Source: Tubiluchus corallicola
Taxonomy: Eukaryota; Animalia; Priapulida
Reading direction: 5' to 3'
DNA length: 64,000 nucleotides
Assembly (NCBI GenBank): GCA_030141605.1
Contig: JAQGDQ010000057.1
Location: 620,001-684,000 of the forward strand
In this document: positions 55,591 to 64,000 of the stretch, one piece after another
Layout: every line of letters starts with the position of its first letter
Numbering within the stretch: the first letter of the stretch is position 1
Made by a program: the position numbers and the translations under genes
The notes under the pieces: generated by a model
Database searches by the model: none
Seen by the model: only the letters and a program-made list of their open reading frames with translations
Told to the model about the DNA's origin: nothing

Positions 55591-58489
55591 AAATAGATAC
55601 ACCAACAGACGCAAGCCCTTTACTTCTTGACAGTTACATTACTAAGAAGCCAAACAGTTTCCTGAACAGTACTTTAGCTGATTTCGCCTATAAAAACCTC
55701 GTCATCACCATGATTTATAACATAATAAATGAATATTATCTAAAGCAAAAAGTAGTTTATATTGTCCATCCGCGAGACGGTTTTCCAATATTATTTAGAC
55801 AGTTTTATAGGCGTACGACCATCACCAGACTAGCACACTAATTAAAACTTAATTAACAGCCTCCTTTTTGCCCTTTCGCATTTCCGCAGTGAAGTAAATA
55901 ACGTATGCAATGCTCTAGAGAGGCATACAAGTACAGCGGAACGAAGTGCTGTACCAAGTACAGGTCGATATATCATCCTCTCAGCGTCAGCAGCATCGTG
56001 GGATGCTGCAGCTCTATCATCATCAGATCCCTAAGTCAGGCCGTGCACTGAATGCATCCACCAGAAGTAATTGTCAGTTTTGCTATTGAAGCCCAGGGCG
56101 GATCCAAAATCCAACTAACTAAAACAACACAATAAGCAAGAGACCACGGACAGGCGACCCTGGAAACAATTAATTGATTCAGAAGCACAAACAGATAAAA
56201 GAAATTTTTTGATATTCATAGGACTAGAAAAGTCATCTGTCCATTACTGCTTTTCCTTGAAATTTTCATTCATAGAAACTCTACTTTCCCAATCATAGCG
56301 CAGCCTCTTCCTCATCTCGAAGAAACCCCTGCGTCCAATATCAAACAGTTAATATCGATCACCGATAACTGGGTGCTGACGTCATAACATGAAGTAAATT
56401 AACAGTTGGTTGTTTTACAAGGTAGTTATAGTATATTAGCAGGGAAGTGGCTACATGGTGTAATATGAACTCCTGCGTTGCTGTGCAAACACTGCACTGC
56501 TCTGTGTTTTACACGCATTACATTTACTTAGTAGCGATAAAATAACCCATTGATTAATGTGGGTCTTAAAGTTCAAAAATTCTCGTTTTTGTGTCAATCC
56601 TAATACTGTATCATGTAAGATAAACTAATATTCATAGGAAAACGTTTAAGCGACCGCAATCCAAATTTAATTCTGCTTTGCTTAAATTAATATACAGCAC
56701 ATAGAATGTTATTTAAAGAAAGACCTATTCAAAGCACAGAGCGAAAAGATCAAATTTGACATCTCAATTTATTCCAAAATTATTGAGTTTAATAATTCAA
56801 TATTAAGTTCTTTCTAGTCTATAATCGGTTCACACAAAGAAAAAACATTATTACCAGTAGTGTGAACAAAAAATCTGGCACAGTGGACTCTTGTTTAGAA
56901 AATAAAACATGACATTTATAGAACAAATAGTTTCTTCCAGTAATACACTTATAAAATCAAGTGTAAGCTCAGACGGCTATTTCTATAGAAATTAAGATCG
57001 GATCAGCTTGGCGTTCCGTCTCGGATGAGGTCAATGGAGTCGCGTAAATAAACAATTCGGCATTCTACAAGTCTATATTAATATTTTAAGCTAGTCAGTC
57101 ATTTTTCAAAAATTAACCAGCTTCAATAGGTTTGATTTAGGTAAACTAGCTTCAGCATTCAGGTGCAGCGTCAGCTGTCTGAAACGACGATGAAACTTGG
57201 CTTCATACGATCAAGGTCACCTTGACAAAGCAAAATGTCGCTGGCGGGTGTATTTACAGTTCAGTCATAATCAGATATTTTCTGTAGGTGAATTGAAATT
57301 CCAGTTCAAGGAGATAAAAGAACATCTATTGACTTGGACGCTCTTTTCAAGGAGACAGAAGATCATCGTGGACGCCTTGGTAATGAAGCATCATCTTCAG
57401 GCTCTGCAGAGTAGCTGATCTAATTACAGCTTCAAGCAGTAATTAAGCATGGCGTCTACAAGCATTTCAAATCAACCATTAATTTATTTTCAACTGACGA
57501 ACGTCTTTTTACCCGCGGGTATAGTTTGTAAAATGGACAGAGTTACGAATTCCGAATTTGTCTTTAAAAGACTCAGAGTACCACTATTTCAATCAATAAT
57601 CATAAACCGGAAAGATAATAACGCTTCATCGCTGACTTTGACAAGTTTTAGGGAGAAAGTAAGATTATCAGTTAACATCAATTTCATTATTATCATTATT
57701 AGAATCTTGACTCCAGATGTCATTATCGTTATCAATGCCGAAATGATGGTCATTATCATTTCATCATCATTACCGTCACTCTGTGACTATACCATTTTCA
57801 TTATACGTTCTTATACAAATACTCCACTCTCGGTCTCAATCCAGCTCATTTTTGACTCAAACTGAGTGGATATCCCCACGCACCTGGCGTTAAACCAAAC
57901 ACTGCAACATTCCATTGCACACAAGCCAGTGGGAATCCCAGTTATTTTAGAAGGTAGAGCCTAGCTGGCTTCAAAGAGGGAATGCTCTAAGAAAGATGAT
58001 GTTTCTTTACAAATGGATACAGCTGGTATCGCTTGATTGATCTAACCCCTATGTCAATGTTGTCACATTGGTGTCATAGACATAGAGTGAACTGCATGCA
58101 AGAAAAGTACCTACAAGATGGCGCATTGAAAACAGATTACTATCAGCACACACTGGATGATGTATGATGGTCTCTAATGCAATGCTAAAGGCAAGGCGAT
58201 ATCTTTTTGTTATTGATTGAAAAAATAATAATTATTTTTTTCAAACTAGGACCTGTGAGGTTGCGCACACCAGATATTCATCCAAAATACCTGGTACTTA
58301 TTTAAAAAAAATCTGAATTAGCAAAACGTGCAGGCTTTATTATGGCAAACAAGAAACGGAGTCACTTTACCACTACAACTATCACCACCAACTATCACTG
58401 CTAACTTAAATCCGTCCCATTCAGCTTTTAAAAATTATTTCCGTTTTGGTCATGCTACCTTTTTCAGAACTGATGTAAATATATTCATC

Positions 58490-58655
<166 letters not shown>

Positions 58656-59105
58656 TAACACAATCTCATCAATATAAGTAAAATACAACACAAAAAATCA
58701 CTATAACTTACAAAATGTCATGCACTTCACTATCTAAGATAATGTTTTACAGATTTAAAGCACGACAACAAATTCCAGAAGAAAGTTAAGCAAGAATGTG
58801 ACTACTAGGAAAATCGCGTTTCAGCTATTTCATCTGCCATATTGAAGTCAGTAATACAACTGCATTGTATACAGATGACGCTCTACCAGTTCAACATTTC
58901 TTCTTGAAGTATTATCACGCGCACATGATTAGCAACATTGAGAACTATAGAGATGCAGCCTTCCTTAAAATCAGATAATTGTGACAACAAATCAACGGCC
59001 AAGCAAATACGAAATTGAACTAGAACGGGACCCGCCTTTCAACTATAAGATTACTGCCCAGTTTATTACTCGGTGCTTCAAGGGCGATTAACATAGCTGA
59101 TATAA

Positions 59106-61666
59106 AGCGGTCACTGAACAGCAGTAGTGAAATCTTTAGAAACCGAGCGACGGCTCGTACTAATCCGTGCCCCTTAGCGGTCACTGAGCAGTAGTAGTGA
59201 AATCTTTAGAAACCGAGCGATGGCTCGTACTAATCCGTGCCACTCAGCGGTCACTGAGCAGTAGTAGTGAAATCTTTAGAAACCGAGCGACTGCTCGTAC
59301 TAATCCGTGCCCCTCAGCGGTCACTGAACAGCAGTAGTGAAATCTTTAGAAACCGAGCGATGGCTCGTACTAATCCGTGCCCCTCAGCGGTCACTGAACA
59401 GCAGTAGTGAAATCTTTAGAAACCGAGCGACGGCTCGTACTAATCCGTGCCCCTTAGCGGTCACTGAGCAGTAGTAGTGAAATCTTTAGAAACCGAGCGA
59501 TGGCTCGAACTAATCCGTGCCCCTCAGCGGTCACTGAGCAGTAGTAGTGAAATCTTTAGAAACCGAGCGACTGCTCGTACTAATCCGTGCCCCTCAGCCG
59601 AGCAGTAGTAGTGAAATCTTTAGAAACCGAGCGATGGCTCGTACTACTCCGTGCCCCTCAGCGGTCACCGAGCAGTAGTAGTGAAATCTTTAGAAACCGA
59701 GCGACCGCTCATACTAATCCGTGCCCCTTAGCGGTTACCGAGCAGTAGTAGTGAAACCTTTAGAAACCGAGCGACTGCTCGTACTAATCCGTGCCCCTCA
59801 GCCGAGCAGTAGTAGTGAAATCTTTAGAAACCGAGCGATGGCTCGTACTAATCCGTGCCCCTCAGCGGTCACTGAGCAGTAGTAGTGAAATCTTTAGAAA
59901 CCGAGCGACTGCTCGTACTAATCCGTGCCCCTCAGCCGAGCAGTAGTAGTGAAATCTTTAGAAACCGAGCGACCGCTCGTACTAATCCGTGCCCCTTAGC
60001 GGTTACCGAGCAGTAGTAGTGAAATCTTTAGAAACCGAGCGACTGCTCGTACTAATCCGTGCCCCTCAGCGGTCACCGAGCAGTAGTAGTGAAATCTTTA
60101 GAAACCGAGCGACCGCTCGTACTAATCCGTGCCCCTCAGCGGTCACCGAGCAGTAGTAGTGAAATCTTTAGAAACCGAGCAATGGCTCGTACTAATCCGT
60201 GCCCCTCAGCGGTCACCGAGCAGTAGTAGTGAAATCTTTAGAAACCGAGTGACCGCTCGTACTAATCCGTGCCCCTTAGCGGTCACTGAGCAGTAGTAGT
60301 GAAATCTTTAGAAACCGAGCGATGGCTCGTACTAATCCGTGCCCCTCAGCGGTCACCGAGCAGTAGTAGTGAAATCTTTAGAAACCGAGCGACTGCTCGT
60401 ACTAATCCGTGCCCCTCAGCCGAGCAGTAGTAGTGAAATCTTTAGAAACCGAGCGACCGCTCATACTAATCCGTGCCCCTTAGCGGTTACCGAGCAGTAG
60501 TAGTGAAACCTTTAGAAACTGAGCGATGGCTCGTACTAATCCATGCCCCTTAGCGGTCACTGAGCAGTAGTAGTGAAATCTTTAGAAACCGAGCGACCGC
60601 TCGTACTAATCCGTGCCCCTCAGCGGTCACCGAGCAGTAGTAGTGAAATCTTTAGAAACCGACCGACTGCTCGTACTAATCCGTGCCCCTCAGCGGTCAC
60701 CGAGCAGTAGTAGTGAAATCTCCAGAAACCGAGTGACGGCTCGTACTAATCCGTGCGCCTCAGCTGTCACTGAGCAGTAGTAGTGAAACCTTTAGAAACC
60801 GAGCGACTGCTCGTACTAATCCGTGCCCCTCAGCGGTCACTGAGCAGTAGTAGTGAAATCTTTAGAAACCGAGCGACTGCTCGTACTAATCCGTGCCCCT
60901 CAGCGGTCACCGAGCAGTAGTAGTGAAATCTTTAGAAACCGACCAACCGCTCGTACTAATCCGTGCCCCTCAGCGGTCACCGAGCAGTAGTAGTGAAATC
61001 TTTAGAAACCGAGCGATGGCTCGTACTAATCCGTGCCCCTAAGCGGTCACCGAGCAGTAGTAGTGAAATCTTTAGAAACCGAGTGACGGCTCGTGCTAAT
61101 CTGTGCCCCTAGCGGTCACCGAGCAGTAGTAGTGAAATCTTTAGAAACCGAGCGACGGCTCGTGCTAATCCGTGCCCCTCAGTGGTCACTGAGCAGTAGT
61201 AGTGAAATCTTTAGAAACCGAGCGACCGCTCGTGCTAATCCGTGCCCCTCAGTGGTCACCGAGCAGTAGTAGTGAAATCTTTAGAAACCGAGCGACGGCT
61301 CGTACTAATCCGTGCCCCTCAGTGGTCACTGAGCAGTAGTAGTGAAATCTTTAGAAACCGACCGACCGCTCGTACTAATCCGTGCCCCTCAGCGGTCACT
61401 GAGCAGTAGTAGTGAAATCTTTAGAAACCGAGCGATGGCTCGTACTAATCCGTGCCCCTCAGCGGTCACCGAGCAGTAGTAGTGAAATCTTTAGAAACTG
61501 AGCGACGGCTCGTGCTAATCCGTGCCGCTCAGCGGTCACCGAGCAGTAGTAGTGAAATCTTTAGAAACCGAGCGACGGCTCGTGCTAATCCGTGCCCCTC
61601 AGCGGTCACCCAGCAGTAGTAGTGAAATCTTTAGAAACCGAGCGACCTCTCGTACTAATCCGTGCC
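59106..61666. repeat. 70-bp tandem satellite/minisatellite array, 37 units
   Basis: Consensus AGCGGTCACYGAGCAGTAGTAGTGAAATCTTTAGAAACCGAGCGAYNGCTCGTACTAATCCGTGCCCCTC; four 64-bp deletion variants and one 69-bp unit; unit count agrees with array length. Confidence 0.99.
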
Positions 61667-62287
61667 ATTGTATATTAAAATTAGGAATATCAGAAAAAGC
61701 AAGCATCTAAGAACTACATATGTAAAGGGTCTTTTAAAATTTTAAAAAGCTAAAAATATATACAACATACATATACCAGATGCTCTGCTATAATTATTAC
61801 AATAATAAAATGCAAATAATAACTACAAATTACACGAAGTACTGAAATATAACGATTATGTACTTAAAAAATTAATAAAAGTTGACGCTGCATGGGAGAC
61901 ATATTTGTTTGGAACAGAGTTATATTTTTAAAATAAAAGCGTGCCTTGATGAATTACATAGTTGTTAGTCAAATTAGATATGAGGCAATTGGACGTGGAT
62001 GTCTAAGCTGCGTTTAGGTGAGCTTATTGTTGTTTGTGGCATACGACGGCCGGGTAAATCTGGGTTTGTAAATGTTTTCTAAGTTTGTTTTTGAATACTT
62101 TTTGTTTTAGAACGCATTAATGCTTTTGAATACTTCACAAGCTTCCGAGCTATTCGGATCAGTAAGATGTTCATAACTTGTTTCGAATTATGTTATGATT
62201 CTATTGCCACGAGCTGATTCAGAATTTTATTAAATTATCAGAAACCTTAGACAAATGACAATAGAACTGGAAAATAGAAATAGACAA

Positions 62288-62400
62288 ACACAGATACATA
62301 CATACACACACACGCGCGCGCGCGGGCGCACCCTCCCTCTTACACGCGCACGCAAGCACGCACACACGCACACACGCACGCGCACCCTCACGCACACACA
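62288..62400. repeat. Mixed (CATA)/(CA)/(CG)/(CACG) microsatellite
   Basis: Directly visible. Confidence 0.9.
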
Positions 62401-64000
62401 TATAACTCTAAACTAATACTGTACTGTACTACTAAAACCCAACTATATTAATGGCCACTAGACCAATCTTAATCACTCTGCAGCATATTTATCTATACAT
62501 AGATATTTAGATACATCTATTAGTGTCAAAAATACATACAATACACGAAAAAACATGTCTATACATACATATAGAGCTATAAAATCTATACATACAGTAT
62601 AAATATATATATATATAAATTATTATAATGTAACAAAATTTTAACTGTAACACCAAAATGCGCTTTTCTGCTAGTATGTGAAAAATATTGCAAGTGAAGA
62701 TGAACGCACATGCCTACAACTTTACAGTTTAGGTTAAATAACTGACGCATTCCATTGCTAAAAACACAGTTTTGATTACAGGGTGTGGTAGCTCGATATT
62801 ACCCTGTTAGGTACCAGAATCCATTCAACATGGAAAATCCAACCTCTAATAATTTAATAAAATCAACTAGGAAATTCGGCCATATCTTTTTAATGACTTT
62901 CCTTGTAAGTTGAGACCATGATTCCCTTAATCTACAGCCATCTCACCGCGAGGAAAATTCGGCGATTGATAAAGGAAAAAATATCAACGTAACAGTCGCA
63001 TTTCTCAGCAACTTTAGACTGTTTAACCCTTGCAAAGTGCAAGCAAACAAATATCTGTCCACGCTTTCTCACTATGCATTCCACATATAAACATACAGAA
63101 TGAAATCTGACGCAGAAAAAATGTGGCTTCAAGAGAAAAATGATGTAACACGCAATCAGGACAATGCCAAGGACACTTGGGTAATAATCACAGTCACGTC
63201 GAGGACCACTGAAGAATAAAAAGAAAAGCATTTGTTGCGAAATGCGCTAATATGAAACACATGTCGCATCTGATGTTACAGTAACTACAGCAACAACCTT
63301 GATTTTTCATGCTGAGCGTTAGAGACTTTTTCTCTTCGACTTAATCCGTCGACTATTGGAACTGAGCAAAACGCGTATACAAAGAAGCCATAAATACTAG
63401 TTGCGTTAGGGGGCAACTAGAGTTCACAGACTAATTAATTATAGAACTTTGCAGCTAGCAAGCAGCTCTTTTAGATTATCAGGCTATTTAGCATCAAGAC
63501 TATATGAAAAATTGGAAACCATGACTTTCAAAGAGAAAGAACACAACGTTTCAAACTACTACACATGGTTGTGATTCTGTCTCGTGTTTTTATCTACTGT
63601 GCTTCTTCTATCTACTTGTATCCTTTTTAGCGTGACATTGTTCTTGATGTGTTAATAATATAAACAAAAAGCTCCCCCAAAATAATTCCAATAATTCCTT
63701 ATGATTTTTGTCTCTCTTTATTTTTTAATTTTTCGTTCACCTGAAGAACAACTATATAGTGGTACTTTGAAATATTATGTTCTTTAATCTTTTTTCCTTG
63801 TTTATGGTTGTGGGATTTTTTTTATTCATGACTTATTTGAAATACATGTATATATTATCTTCAGTACTTATTATTTAGGAAAAGTTAAATATTTGTTTCA
63901 ATGGTTTTTCCTGATCAATGATAGGCGTTTATAATGAAGTAACGTTTTAAAATGACTTCAATGTAAACAATGTGTTGACCAGGCATGTATACAACACCGG

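Noticed and set aside
57449-57865. 138-aa ATG-initiated ORF
   Set aside because: Ile-rich because of degenerate (ATC/ATT) repeats; no recognisable domain.
59106-59245. Canonical hammerhead ribozyme in the 70-bp unit (GAAACCG can pair with CGGUC, giving a stem III and GUC site)
   Set aside because: The required CUGANGA core is absent (CUGAGCA and GUAGUGA do not fit) and no proper stem II forms before GAAA.
59106-61666. CRISPR array
   Set aside because: Units are contiguous near-identical repeats with no unique spacers, there are no cas genes, and the context is eukaryotic.

Overview
This is AT-rich eukaryotic DNA, most likely from an invertebrate animal, and looks intergenic or intronic. I could not recognise any intact host protein-coding gene, rRNA, functional tRNA or CRISPR array; almost all listed ORFs are chance frames, microsatellite translations or decayed transposon frames. 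Supported content: four decayed minus-strand non-LTR retrotransposon (LINE) fragments, two degenerate copies of one Tc1/mariner-superfamily transposon with transposase remnants, a tRNA-derived SINE-like element, several MITE/foldback-like elements, and many micro- and minisatellites. The most distinctive structures are a 37-unit, 70-bp tandem array (59106-61666) whose variation concentrates in a hairpin loop, a near-perfect ~87-bp-arm inverted repeat around a (TA)n core (33826-34036), and a perfect 920-bp (CT)n tract. I found no convincing novel multi-gene system. All comparisons were made by eye, and family assignments need database confirmation.
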